Below, one piece after another: positions 1-9,557 of a stretch of 64,000 bases of DNA (position 1 is the stretch's first letter; each line of letters opens with the position of its first letter). The DNA is from a virus. The translations under genes were made by a program, and so were the position numbers. The notes below the pieces were generated by a model. The model worked only from the letters and a program-made list of their open reading frames with translations. It had not been told where the DNA came from and did no database searches. The DNA lies in the IMG/VR virus record IMGVR_UViG_3300039183_000005, positions 32,001 through 96,000 of that record; one strand, given 5' to 3'.

Positions 1-75
1 GGACAGTTGATTTTGGGTGTTCCAGAGAGTACCAAGTGGTTCCACCCGAAAGATAGTGGAAATTATTTAGTTTAG
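1..75 (+). CDS. 3' end of an upstream gene (partial)
   Basis: Open frame from window edge, GQLILGVPESTKWFHPKDSGNYLV*, followed by RBS AGGAGG for the next gene. Confidence 0.55.
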   Translation, partial: GQLILGVPESTKWFHPKDSGNYLV

Positions 76-87
76 GAGGCATGTGAT

Positions 88-435
88 ATGACAGTTATCG
101 GAGCGACAATACCAGAGTATGATTTTTTTCCTAATGCAGCACCAGCTATTGTTGGGCAATTGCCATCTGGCCAAGTTGTTAATATACAGCTTTGGGAAAA
201 TGGTTCGCCAGTCTCTATTTCTTCTAGTGGTTGTAGTGAGATTGGCAATACTGGTAGATATACCTGGTCTACTAGTGGTATTCCAACATTATCCGCGAGT
301 AGACAACAATTTCATTGGCAAATGTCTGATGGTTCAGATACCGACGATGGTGATTTTATTTTAATTTCTCACGAAAACTATGACGGAGGTATGCCATCCT
401 TAAATGCCAAGGATACATACATAAAAAGAATTTAG
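88..435 (+). CDS. hypothetical virion protein
   Basis: AGGAGG RBS; beta-rich Ser/Gly-rich 115 aa; structural operon context. Confidence 0.6.
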   Translation: MTVIGATIPEYDFFPNAAPAIVGQLPSGQVVNIQLWENGSPVSISSSGCSEIGNTGRYTWSTSGIPTLSASRQQFHWQMSDGSDTDDGDFILISHENYDGGMPSLNAKDTYIKRI

Positions 436-444
436 GGAGACGAT

Positions 445-990
445 ATGGCTTGGAATACTGATCTAGTTTTGATAACCAGAGTTTTGATTAGCGACGTTGC
501 TACACCACAAACTTATGTGGACGAATATATTGAGAGAGTATTAATTACTGCTGGAATTATGGTTGATGCCGATTTTCCGTTTAGCTATGATTATACCTAT
601 GATATAAGCACTCTTACAATTTCTCCCGATCCAGTATTGAGCAGTGATTCTGCATTTATGGCTTTGATACCGCTCAAGGCTGCGTGTATTTTAACGCAAG
701 GTGAATTTAAGCAGGCATTGGGCCAGGGAATCAAAGTACGAGACGGAGATAGTTCTATTGACACAAGCGTAAGCTTTCGGGGTTATCGAGATATTTTAGA
801 AATGGGACCATGTGCCGCGTACGAGAAATTGAAATGGTCACTATTGGCATCTGGGGAAGCTGTGGGCGACGGTGTTGGAAAAGCCGTTCTTGGACCATAT
901 CGGTCACCAGGCAGCAATGCACTAGATACTATTTCGTGGTATTATGATCAATTTGCTATCGAAAGCAATGGCCGCAGAGATCGTATGTAA
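445..990 (+). CDS. putative head-tail adaptor/connector protein
   Basis: Size, N-terminal helical VLITRVLISD...YVDEYIERVL pattern, position first in neck cluster. Confidence 0.5.
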   Translation: MAWNTDLVLITRVLISDVATPQTYVDEYIERVLITAGIMVDADFPFSYDYTYDISTLTISPDPVLSSDSAFMALIPLKAACILTQGEFKQALGQGIKVRDGDSSIDTSVSFRGYRDILEMGPCAAYEKLKWSLLASGEAVGDGVGKAVLGPYRSPGSNALDTISWYYDQFAIESNGRRDRM

Positions 991-1019
991 TAATTTTTAG
1001 TTAATATTTGGAAGTTATT

Positions 1020-1610
1020 ATGACATATGCCAATAATAATATTAGTTTTTTTATCAACGGGTTGGAGCCCCGTCCTACTCTTTCGTGTCCTGCGCTCGAC
1101 ACAACAGCATCTATACAAATCAAGGATTCATTGATTAGAATCTATCAATCCAGAATTGATGCTCTAATTAATCAGCTTGGAAAAAATGTTTACCTAGAAT
1201 TTGATCCAATTCGTGATCCTTGTCCTAACTGTTCCTATGATGTTATTCGTGAACGATCAACCGGAATATATAAAATTGGTGGTCCAACACCATTTGCTCG
1301 TGGACGTAAATGTCCATATTGTAAAGGCCATGGTTTTACAGAAACATCAGTTAATAAATGTATTAAATGTTTGATTAAATGGAACCCCAACGATACTAGC
1401 AACTACGGACTAGCAATCGAACAAAGAAAAGGCGTAGTGCGACTTAAAACATATTTGACAGAGGCAGATGACTTAGCAAGAGCAAAGACTGTTATTGTTA
1501 ATCACGATATTGTCAATCAGATGAAATTGAGGGTGAAACTTATTCAAGGTCCAATTCCAGTTGGATTACGTGAAGATAGATATTGTATTAGTTTTTGGGA
1601 GTTGATATAA
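1020..1610 (+). CDS. putative head-closure protein with CxxC...CxxC zinc finger
   Basis: CPNC and CPYCKGHG motifs; position after adaptor. Confidence 0.45.
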   Translation: MTYANNNISFFINGLEPRPTLSCPALDTTASIQIKDSLIRIYQSRIDALINQLGKNVYLEFDPIRDPCPNCSYDVIRERSTGIYKIGGPTPFARGRKCPYCKGHGFTETSVNKCIKCLIKWNPNDTSNYGLAIEQRKGVVRLKTYLTEADDLARAKTVIVNHDIVNQMKLRVKLIQGPIPVGLREDRYCISFWELI

Positions 1611-2312
1611 TTGGCCAATATTAGATTAAAAATTGAACCAACATCGCAAACTATTATTCAGCTTTCCAAAGGAGTGAAACGAGAAGGTTCAAAAATATGG
1701 GCTGGACGTATATTGTCTCACGCAACTGCAATCAGACAAGATATTGGCAATATGCTTGCAAAAACTTTTAATGGAACATCTGTAGCTAAAGCTATTCGCG
1801 GCCAAGGTGGAGAAGATTTGCCAGCACATTTTGGATTAAACGACAGTACAGCTAATGCTTTGGTTGACGGAATGGCGGAATTGATTCGATCATCAGTGAG
1901 ACTTGTTAGCAAAAGTGCTAACGATAATACTGTATTGGTTCGCGTACAGGCGGTAGAAGATAATTGGAATGATTACTTAAGTCTGCCAGGCGCACAATAT
2001 ATATCTTATCCATCGAATATTACAATTCCAGTTGTTAAATGGCTATTAGTGGACCCTAGTATCGATATTGGTCAAGCTGCATACGATATAGTCTTCAAGG
2101 GGGAAGATCAGAAATTCGATGTAAGAATACAAAATGCATCTCGCAGTGGACGAGCAATCATGGTATCTCTACAGACATTGGGTGGTGGAGGAGGCTATGT
2201 ATTGCCAGCTATTGTGTCTGGACAGGCTGGTAAAAATTTCATTGAAATGACTTTAGGCCAACAGAATGTGGCGATGGAAGCCGCAACTATTTTAATGAAG
2301 AAGGTTGGATAA
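1611..2312 (+). CDS. putative neck/tail-completion protein
   Basis: Gene order only; TTG start immediately after previous stop. Confidence 0.4.
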   Translation: MANIRLKIEPTSQTIIQLSKGVKREGSKIWAGRILSHATAIRQDIGNMLAKTFNGTSVAKAIRGQGGEDLPAHFGLNDSTANALVDGMAELIRSSVRLVSKSANDNTVLVRVQAVEDNWNDYLSLPGAQYISYPSNITIPVVKWLLVDPSIDIGQAAYDIVFKGEDQKFDVRIQNASRSGRAIMVSLQTLGGGGGYVLPAIVSGQAGKNFIEMTLGQQNVAMEAATILMKKVG

Positions 2313-2313
2313 T

Positions 2314-3264
2314 ATGAGAAAATGCTGGACGAAAAAAGAAGATGATATATTGAGAAAATACTATTTCAGTGATGGTGCTAAATATTGTTTTAATTTACTG
2401 GATAGGTCTATTGGTAGTGTTTATGAAAGAGTTAAAAAAATAAATTTGTCTAAAAAAATACCTAAATGGACGGAAGGAGAAATTAGCGATCTTAGAAAAT
2501 ACTATATTGATCATGGATCGGAATATTGCGCTCGATTGCTGAATAAACCTCGGCGATCTATTATTAAAAAAGCTTATCGTCTTAAAATTAAAACAAATAT
2601 TAACAAAGGTTGGAATAGTAATGAAGACGATATTTTATTTAAATATTATGTTCAACATGGAGCTGACTATTGTTCTAATTTATTAAATAAATCCAAAAAT
2701 AATGTTTGTGCAAGGGCTAACAAATTGGGTCTACTTTCCTGTATTACAAATGGTGGATTTCCTAAAAAACAAGTGATAGATAAAATATGTAACAATAAAG
2801 TTATGGCAATATGTAAAAAACATGGTGAAACACCACATTATTTTAGAAACGGCACAATTCAACACTGTATTAAATGTTCATCAATAAAAAATGTAGCTTA
2901 TAAAAAAGCAGAAAGAAAAACACCGTTGGGTTTATATAAAAGTAGATTACGTAATTCCTTAAATAGTGCCTTTACACGTATTTCAAAAATAAACAATACT
3001 AAAAAACACAGAGGATGTTTTAGACATCTATCATATTCACCTAGACAATTATGTAATCACTTAGAAGCAATCAGGGGGCGACAGAATAATAAGTGTCCGA
3101 TGTGTCAACAATCGTATGACTGCGTTAAGATAAGTATAGATCATACCATACCTGTCAAGATAGCCAACACAACGGAAGAAGTATTAGAGTTATTTAATCT
3201 CAGCAACTTATCTTTGTTATGTCTGTCATGCAATAGTTCTAAGGGGGCCAGCATATGTCCTTAA
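2314..3264 (+). CDS. HNH homing endonuclease with three N-terminal Myb/HTH-like repeats
   Basis: Repeats WTKKEDDILRKYY / WTEGEISDLRKYY / WNSNEDDILFKYY; C-terminal CPMC...IDHTIP...NLSLLCLSCNSSK HNH; Lys-rich and more AT-rich than neighbours. Confidence 0.8.
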   Translation: MRKCWTKKEDDILRKYYFSDGAKYCFNLLDRSIGSVYERVKKINLSKKIPKWTEGEISDLRKYYIDHGSEYCARLLNKPRRSIIKKAYRLKIKTNINKGWNSNEDDILFKYYVQHGADYCSNLLNKSKNNVCARANKLGLLSCITNGGFPKKQVIDKICNNKVMAICKKHGETPHYFRNGTIQHCIKCSSIKNVAYKKAERKTPLGLYKSRLRNSLNSAFTRISKINNTKKHRGCFRHLSYSPRQLCNHLEAIRGRQNNKCPMCQQSYDCVKISIDHTIPVKIANTTEEVLELFNLSNLSLLCLSCNSSKGASICP

Positions 3265-4187
3265 CATTCAAAGGTATAGGTGGATACGGCTATTCCGGCT
3301 ATTCTTTAACCGATCAACTTCTGTATAATTTGAAATTTTTTATCGACTGGAATCTATTAAATAATGGTGCCTATAGTATTTACGAATATAATTCAAGCAG
3401 TTGGTACGATGCAGATGAATCTAAACTACACGTTGTCCCCGACGAAAGATATGAACAAGGACGTGTATGGGAAGGTGCAGGACGCGAATGGGCATGGGAA
3501 AGTGGAGTTTCACTGGGTAGCGGTGCGGTTGATCCATTTCGTGTTTCTGGCGTATATATCGACGGAGATTTTTATCCGAAGGATTCTGCTGGCATTTATG
3601 CTCACCATGTGGATTATCTAAATGGTCGTATAATTTTTGATGAGCCAAAGAGCGTCGATGATGACATTCGTGCAGAATATACCCGCAGATCAGTTCATGT
3701 AGGATTTGCCGATGATCAAGATTTTAGAGTCATGATGTTGAATGCTGTTGAAGAATTTCTTACCGACTCTTCTACGTCTGGCACTCCGTCCAGAGAACAT
3801 CAAATTTGGCTTCCAAGTATTTTTATCGAAGTTACCACTGGTGAACAACGCGGTTTACAACTGGGCGGTGGACAAATAAAAACTAGATACGTGACTTTTC
3901 ACATATTTGCAGATAATCCGCAAGATCGCAATTTATTAATGGATTGGCTAGACTATCAAACCAGAACTGTATTTTGGATGGCTGATCTGAATAATATTAC
4001 TTTTCCATTTGATGAATATGGTGACTTGGTATCTGGTGTAACAAATTGGCCAAATATGGTATCTGCTCATCCGTGGAAACGTTTAAGGGTGATCGAAGGG
4101 AATTCAGCGGTACTAAATTCATTAAATTCTCAATTGTTTAGGGCTCGTGTGACGTGGACTGTTGAAATTGATTTTAATTTGATATAA
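3255..4187 (+). CDS. putative tail terminator/completion protein
   Basis: LPSIFIEV...GLQLGGG...FHIFADNPQDRNLLMDWL resembles tail terminator fold; directly upstream of tail tube. Confidence 0.5.
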   Translation: MSLTFKGIGGYGYSGYSLTDQLLYNLKFFIDWNLLNNGAYSIYEYNSSSWYDADESKLHVVPDERYEQGRVWEGAGREWAWESGVSLGSGAVDPFRVSGVYIDGDFYPKDSAGIYAHHVDYLNGRIIFDEPKSVDDDIRAEYTRRSVHVGFADDQDFRVMMLNAVEEFLTDSSTSGTPSREHQIWLPSIFIEVTTGEQRGLQLGGGQIKTRYVTFHIFADNPQDRNLLMDWLDYQTRTVFWMADLNNITFPFDEYGDLVSGVTNWPNMVSAHPWKRLRVIEGNSAVLNSLNSQLFRARVTWTVEIDFNLI

Positions 4188-4202
4188 TTTGAATTGCATA
4201 TT

Positions 4203-4210
4203 GTGTATAA
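4203..4210 (+). promoter_or_regulatory. GTGTATAA putative late promoter
   Basis: Same octamer recurs upstream of several structural genes. Confidence 0.55.
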
Positions 4211-4267
4211 GACAATGGTGGATAGATTTGGATAGATTAGATTTACTGAGAGGTAAGGTGAGTGTAA

Positions 4268-5386
4268 ATGAGTTCTAACAATCGCATATTTTACGCCATA
4301 CAGGCATTGGGTTTTGCGGAGCACGACGTAGTATGTCCAACTGGTTCTGGTGGGTGTGGTGTTGCTGGTTCTGGAACACATCCGTCTGGATTTAGGACAG
4401 CACATGGTGTACAGAGTGTTGGCATGAATACTACATTTAATCTTGAACAAGTTTTCGAACTTGGTCAACTAGAGCTTTACGAAAATGTCGAGGGTATTCC
4501 AGACATCGAATTGACAGCCCAAAAAGTACTAGATGGTTATCCATTGCTGTATCATCTTGCTACGCCAGGTGCAACATCGGCAACGTTGGTCGGACGATCG
4601 AACGAGCGATGTTTTGCTGCTCTGAATATTTATCCGGATACTTTTGATAATGCTTCTGGAACTCCACTGCAATCAGTTGGTCTGTCGGGTATGTATGTTT
4701 CAGCACTTACCTATACTCTGAATGTAGAGGGTAGTTCAACGGAGGATGTTACGCTTGTCGGAAACAACAGAGAATGGGTGGCCAGTGGTCTTACTCACTT
4801 TGCCCCATCTGCATTTGATGGTTCTGATGAACCATTATCTTTGACTGCTTCTGGTGGTGTGGCACAAAGAGAAAACATTCTTATGGGCTCTGGATGTTCT
4901 ATGAGTGACGCTGGTGTTATTTCTGGTGCTAGCGGTAGTATTTGGCCTACGGAAATTGATGGTATTGATGCTAACGGGCACAATTTAGTTTCCGGAGGTG
5001 CTTATAGTGCCCACATTCAAACCGTTACAATTTCAACAGACCTTGGTCGCGAAGAACTATTTGAGCTTGGTCGTCGTGGTCCGTATCACCGTTTCGTATC
5101 ATTTCCAACAGAGGTGACCTGTGTAATTGATACTACATCGTCCGAAGGTGATCTGATTGATGCCCTGGCCGATCCTGTTGGCGGAAGTAACCTCACTGAT
5201 CAAAAGATTTTCATCTGGGTTGAGGAAGGTACGCGGCTCAATCTTGGTGCTAAGAACAAATTGGCATCGGTTAGCTACGGAGGGGGCGACAGCGGTGGCG
5301 GAAATGTTACAGTATCACTTAACTATTCGAATTTCAATTCCTTAAAGGTTACGCATCCACAAGACCCGGCGGGCCTTTCAACCTAA
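4268..5386 (+). CDS. major tail tube protein (putative)
   Basis: Internally duplicated pattern (VQSVGMNTTFNLEQVFELG / IQTVTISTDLGREELFELG) typical of tube proteins; own promoter and terminator; 12 SG dipeptides. Confidence 0.7.
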   Translation: MSSNNRIFYAIQALGFAEHDVVCPTGSGGCGVAGSGTHPSGFRTAHGVQSVGMNTTFNLEQVFELGQLELYENVEGIPDIELTAQKVLDGYPLLYHLATPGATSATLVGRSNERCFAALNIYPDTFDNASGTPLQSVGLSGMYVSALTYTLNVEGSSTEDVTLVGNNREWVASGLTHFAPSAFDGSDEPLSLTASGGVAQRENILMGSGCSMSDAGVISGASGSIWPTEIDGIDANGHNLVSGGAYSAHIQTVTISTDLGREELFELGRRGPYHRFVSFPTEVTCVIDTTSSEGDLIDALADPVGGSNLTDQKIFIWVEEGTRLNLGAKNKLASVSYGGGDSGGGNVTVSLNYSNFNSLKVTHPQDPAGLST

Positions 5387-5415
5387 TCTTTATAAATTGG
5401 CATACGATTAAATAG

Positions 5416-5450
5416 ATCGAGGTGGTTTTCGGACCATCTCGATTTTTTTT
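5416..5450 (+). terminator. intrinsic terminator
   Basis: ATCGAGGTGGT-TTTCGG-ACCATCTCGAT followed by T tract. Confidence 0.85.
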
Positions 5451-5458
5451 ATTTTAAT

Positions 5459-5487
5459 GAAACAAATCTATTTGTTATACGTATAAT
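5459..5487 (+). promoter_or_regulatory. GAAACA-N16-GTATAAT promoter
   Basis: One of four copies of GRAACA-N16-GTATAAT with identical spacing. Confidence 0.65.
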
Positions 5488-5578
5488 AAGATAGCAGCGT
5501 TGTGCTGCTATCGTGAGCCAAGCTCTGTATCGGATGCATCTTTATTGGATTATATAATTCTTCTTCAATCGTGCAGTC

Positions 5579-5809
5579 ATGAATAAGACAATAGAATATT
5601 TTCGTAACAGAATAGAGAGTGAATATAAAGATGTTCTGCTTGGAAGTGGTTCCGTAGGAGGATGTTTTGGGTCCATATTGTGTCACGAATTGCACCACAG
5701 CGAAGAAGGTAATGGATTACATTTCAAGAAATTAGCTAAGAAATGGAATATTTCCGTATCGTTTTTGGGACAAATTATAGCCGATCATTGCGATAGACTG
5801 GATCAATGA
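5579..5809 (+). CDS. hypothetical protein
   Basis: ORF coupled to downstream genes; HTH-like LAKKWNISVSFLGQII. Confidence 0.55.
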   Translation: MNKTIEYFRNRIESEYKDVLLGSGSVGGCFGSILCHELHHSEEGNGLHFKKLAKKWNISVSFLGQIIADHCDRLDQ

Positions 5810-5810
5810 T

Positions 5811-5999
5811 ATGATTTACTTTGTTGTAGCTCAAAAAGAAGAAGATGCAGAATGGGAGCTTTTCGGTCCTTGGGATTATATAGAAGGGGCTGACGAAAAG
5901 ATAGACGAATTGAGTCATAGTCCTATATATTCTCAAGTCGAATTAGCTAGAGTGTTAACGGACGAAGACGGCCGAGAGTGGTTACGGGATGTTGAATGA
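5811..5999 (+). CDS. hypothetical acidic protein
   Basis: ATGA overlap with ligase. Confidence 0.55.
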   Translation: MIYFVVAQKEEDAEWELFGPWDYIEGADEKIDELSHSPIYSQVELARVLTDEDGREWLRDVE

Positions 6000-7876
6000 T
6001 GAAGGTAGATCAACTTGAAAAAGCAAGTGCTGCTTATTACGCTGGCAACCCGATAATGACAGATGCCGAATTTGATGCGGCTGTTGTTGAATTGCGTGAA
6101 AACAATCCAGATCACCCATTTCTCAAACGTATTGGGGCACCTGTCCCCGGTAAAGAGAAGGTAGCTCATAAGATTGCGATGGGAAGTTTAGCTAATGCAA
6201 ACAATAAAGAAGAATTTGAGACATGGATACCAGACGATAATCCGACGATATTTCTTTCCCATAAAATGGATGGTTCTTCACTGGAACTAGTTTATGAGAA
6301 CGGTTCTTTTGTGCAGGCCATTACTCGCGGCAATGGTGAATTGGGAGAAGATGTAACAAAAAATGTAGTCAAATCAGGGAATGTCCCCCTCACTATTGAT
6401 CCAAGCATAGTTTCTGTTAGGTGCGAATGCTTAATTCATGTTGCTGACTGGACTGCTCACTTTGGTGGAGACGCTAATCCACGCAATTCTGCTGCTGGAA
6501 CACTACGTCGTCACGATGGCCACAATGCAAAATATCTTCAATTTTATGCTTTTGATGCTTTGTTCACTACCGATAAGATAGATGATGGAATTTTTGCATT
6601 TTCGAAATCTGAATGCGGTATCCTTACTCTGCTCAAACGATGGTTCTCTACACCATTTTATGCATTAGCAAATGATTTGGAAAGTCTAGTGTCGTGGTGT
6701 CGAGAGGTAGAATACGTTAGAGAAACACATCCGTATGAAATAGATGGAGTTGTAGCAAAAATAGACGATCGCACTAGGTCTCAAAATATGGGTAGTAGAA
6801 ATGGAAGACCAAGGGGCCAGATTGCCATAAAGTTCAAACCCCGTGGTGGAGAAACAATTTTAAATAAGGTGATATGGCAAGTTGGTCATACGGGATCGTT
6901 AACTCCCGTCGGTGAAGTATCTCCCGTGGGTGTTGGTGGAACTATCGTTAAACGTGTTACTCTATGCAATATGGATGAGATTGATAGATTAGACATCGCA
7001 ATTGGAGATACTGTCGAAATTATTAGGGCTGGTGATGTTATTCCTAAATTATCTAAATGTGTCAAAAAAGGTAAGCAAAGATTAATTATTTGTCCTCCGA
7101 AGCAGTGTCCTGAATGTGGAAGCAAGACAGCAAAAGATGGGGCTAGACTTTTTTGCACCAATGATTTGTGTGGGGGTCAATCTTTAGGGCGTGTAATGAC
7201 ATGGATCAAAAAGAGGGATATTCTCAATCTGGGAATTGGTGTTATTAAGGCCGCTAATATAAAATCAATCCGCCACTTATATGAGATGAGTCTTGATGAG
7301 TGGGCGAAGGTTCAGGTTGGAAATGGTGTTTTGGGTGAAAAACGTGCGAAGAAAATACTGGTATCTCTATATCATTCTAAATATGTTTCTTTATCAGAAT
7401 TTTTAGGCTCTATTGGAATCAAAGGCGTGGGACGATCTCTTTGTCGTGATATTTGTAATGGATTGGGGGTACGAACACTAGACAATATATTTGCAATTCG
7501 TCCGGAACACATAGAAAAACTGGAAGGATTTGGACAGATAAGAGCATATGATTTTTGCAATTGGTTACTAGAGTATCGTAAAGATATAATTGAACTTGCT
7601 GGTATTATGAATTTCGAAACCGAGTTTTCTAAAGGTAATCAAGTTTTTGACAATGAGACAATTTGTTTTACTGGTAAGTCACCAAAACCACGTCAAGAAA
7701 TGAGCAAATTAGCGGAAGCTGCTGGTGCCTCTGTTAGTAGTTCGGTTAACAACAATACCACGATTTTGGTAATTGCCGATATAGACAGTACGTCTTCGAA
7801 AGCGGTTAAGGCCCGTAAAATTGGGATAAAGCTGATGTCGCCAGATGAATTTTTGGAACAAGTTGGAGAATTGTAA
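5996..7876 (+). CDS. ligA: NAD-dependent DNA ligase
   Basis: KMDG adenylation motif, AITRGNG..GEDVT, NPRNSAAG, EIDGVVAK, RAGDVIP, C4 zinc finger, HhH, C-terminal BRCT (ICFTG). Confidence 0.97.
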   Translation: MMKVDQLEKASAAYYAGNPIMTDAEFDAAVVELRENNPDHPFLKRIGAPVPGKEKVAHKIAMGSLANANNKEEFETWIPDDNPTIFLSHKMDGSSLELVYENGSFVQAITRGNGELGEDVTKNVVKSGNVPLTIDPSIVSVRCECLIHVADWTAHFGGDANPRNSAAGTLRRHDGHNAKYLQFYAFDALFTTDKIDDGIFAFSKSECGILTLLKRWFSTPFYALANDLESLVSWCREVEYVRETHPYEIDGVVAKIDDRTRSQNMGSRNGRPRGQIAIKFKPRGGETILNKVIWQVGHTGSLTPVGEVSPVGVGGTIVKRVTLCNMDEIDRLDIAIGDTVEIIRAGDVIPKLSKCVKKGKQRLIICPPKQCPECGSKTAKDGARLFCTNDLCGGQSLGRVMTWIKKRDILNLGIGVIKAANIKSIRHLYEMSLDEWAKVQVGNGVLGEKRAKKILVSLYHSKYVSLSEFLGSIGIKGVGRSLCRDICNGLGVRTLDNIFAIRPEHIEKLEGFGQIRAYDFCNWLLEYRKDIIELAGIMNFETEFSKGNQVFDNETICFTGKSPKPRQEMSKLAEAAGASVSSSVNNNTTILVIADIDSTSSKAVKARKIGIKLMSPDEFLEQVGEL

Positions 7877-8271
7877 TGGAGCGATTATTTATTATATTTC
7901 TCACCGTTATGTTTGTTTCTCCGGTTATGGCCGATCGTCCAAAACTGAAAGGCCCAAGTAGTCCAAAATCACAAAAGATAACAAAAATAGACACAAAGCA
8001 TCATTGTGATCATTTTCGCAAACATTATATCAGACACAGAAAGCATACACATCGTTCTCGACAACCAATTGTGATTATAGTCCAACCAAAAATTACATTA
8101 TCAATTGACAAAGAACAAAAACAACAGACCCACGTGGAGTCAAGACATAAGACGATTTATATCGAACAGAAATCTAAAGATACTGTTTATGTTCCAAAAA
8201 CTCGCAATCAAATAATACAAGAATCTAAGAATAAAGTAAAACCACAGGTGTATAATACTAAGGAACGATAG
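7876..8271 (+). CDS. secreted basic His-rich hypothetical protein
   Basis: Signal peptide MERLFIIFLTVMFVSPVMA; HHCDHFRKHYIRHRKHTH. Confidence 0.6.
   Translation: MERLFIIFLTVMFVSPVMADRPKLKGPSSPKSQKITKIDTKHHCDHFRKHYIRHRKHTHRSRQPIVIIVQPKITLSIDKEQKQQTHVESRHKTIYIEQKSKDTVYVPKTRNQIIQESKNKVKPQVYNTKER
8248..8255 (+). promoter_or_regulatory. GTGTATAA putative late promoter
   Basis: Recurrent octamer ~65 nt before 8319 start, followed by a long hairpin. Confidence 0.4.
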
Positions 8272-8318
8272 CGATGAACAGGCGTCGTTCGTTACCTTAG
8301 TTACCGGGGGTCTTTAAA

Positions 8319-8678
8319 ATGACTCCCGCTTTTTTCGTTGAAAATCAAATGGGCAAATGGTGGTATTTAATTCTTCCAATTATCGTATGTCTGATATCAT
8401 GCTGCGATTTATTAGCTACTTTATATTTTGAAAAAACGAATTGCTATTTCCAGGAAGCGAATCCTATAGCAGTATATGTCTGGACGACCTATGGCGATTA
8501 TGGATTGGTAGGATTTAAAATTACCATCACTTTGGTGTCTTGCGTCTGTATGGCAGCAGTACTTCATGGCAAGAATCGATGTTGGCGAATTGTTGTTTCA
8601 ATATTCGGACTTTCAATTTGTATATTTTTGGTTGGCTGGTGGATTTTTTGGGAACAATTGTGTGTATTGAACGTATAA
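8319..8678 (+). CDS. membrane protein, DUF5658-like
   Basis: Three hydrophobic segments; DLLAT...EANPIA...G..FK motif. Confidence 0.65.
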   Translation: MTPAFFVENQMGKWWYLILPIIVCLISCCDLLATLYFEKTNCYFQEANPIAVYVWTTYGDYGLVGFKITITLVSCVCMAAVLHGKNRCWRIVVSIFGLSICIFLVGWWIFWEQLCVLNV

Positions 8679-8679
8679 T
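8651..8679 (+). promoter_or_regulatory. GGAACA-N16-GTATAAT promoter
   Basis: Recurrent bipartite motif with fixed spacing. Confidence 0.65.
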
Positions 8680-8762
8680 AAGATAACGGCACTAGTGCCG
8701 TTCTCAATAGCCGCGCTCTATATGGATACATTCTTAATTGCGTTTTAGGGTGTTTGAAACAA

Positions 8763-8966
8763 ATGGGTATTCACTGTACTAGATGTGATGGAACTGGTTT
8801 TTTGAATATTCATCAGATACCATCTGATATATTTGATAATGGTTATGATGCTATTATAGAATGGATTGATAAACAAGATTCAGATAGCCATGATGTGCAA
8901 GAATGCGATTGTTGTGACGGAAGCGGTGAGCACGGATACGATGAGCGTACATTTGATTGTATGTAA
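8763..8966 (+). CDS. small CxxCxGxG zinc-finger protein
   Basis: CTRCDGTG and CDCCDGSG. Confidence 0.65.
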   Translation: MGIHCTRCDGTGFLNIHQIPSDIFDNGYDAIIEWIDKQDSDSHDVQECDCCDGSGEHGYDERTFDCM

Positions 8967-8968
8967 TA

Positions 8969-9556
8969 ATGAAAATATTAATTGATGAAGATACTACTCA
9001 AACAAGAATAGCCGAAATGGCTTCGGAAATTGATTTCTATTATTATGGTAAGGATTGGTATCGACACATTCAAGAACCAATTATTGTTGTTGGTGTGCTT
9101 ACAGGTGCAATATTTTTTGTGGCCGATTTAGTGAGACAATTATCTATTCGTACCGAATTAGATTTTATTAGGACATCAACATATCCAATTACGGAGCCGA
9201 TTAATGATATTGGCCGAGAAGATATATCCGAGGAAATTACAGTAGGATTAAATTCGGATATTATCGCCGAACCAGTCTCTACAATAAATAATTCTCATGT
9301 ATTAATAATTGATGATATACTAGATTCTGGTTCAACCTATCAAGCAATTAGAGCCTACTTATTTGAGCGTGGTGCAAAAGATATAAGATTGGTTACACTG
9401 TTGAAGAAGCCAGGAAAAGCACCAGACAACATAAAAGCTGATTTTGTAGGTTTTGATATCGAGGATAAATGGGTGGCTGGATATGGCATGGATGACCGAC
9501 GCGGATTAGGGCGTGAGATTCCATATATTTTTGTAGACGAAGGAACTGGAGATTAA
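8969..9556 (+). CDS. hpt: hypoxanthine phosphoribosyltransferase
   Basis: VGVLTGAIFFVADL, PRPP motif VLIIDDILDSG, WVAGYGMD. Confidence 0.9.
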   Translation: MKILIDEDTTQTRIAEMASEIDFYYYGKDWYRHIQEPIIVVGVLTGAIFFVADLVRQLSIRTELDFIRTSTYPITEPINDIGREDISEEITVGLNSDIIAEPVSTINNSHVLIIDDILDSGSTYQAIRAYLFERGAKDIRLVTLLKKPGKAPDNIKADFVGFDIEDKWVAGYGMDDRRGLGREIPYIFVDEGTGD

Positions 9557-9557
9557 T

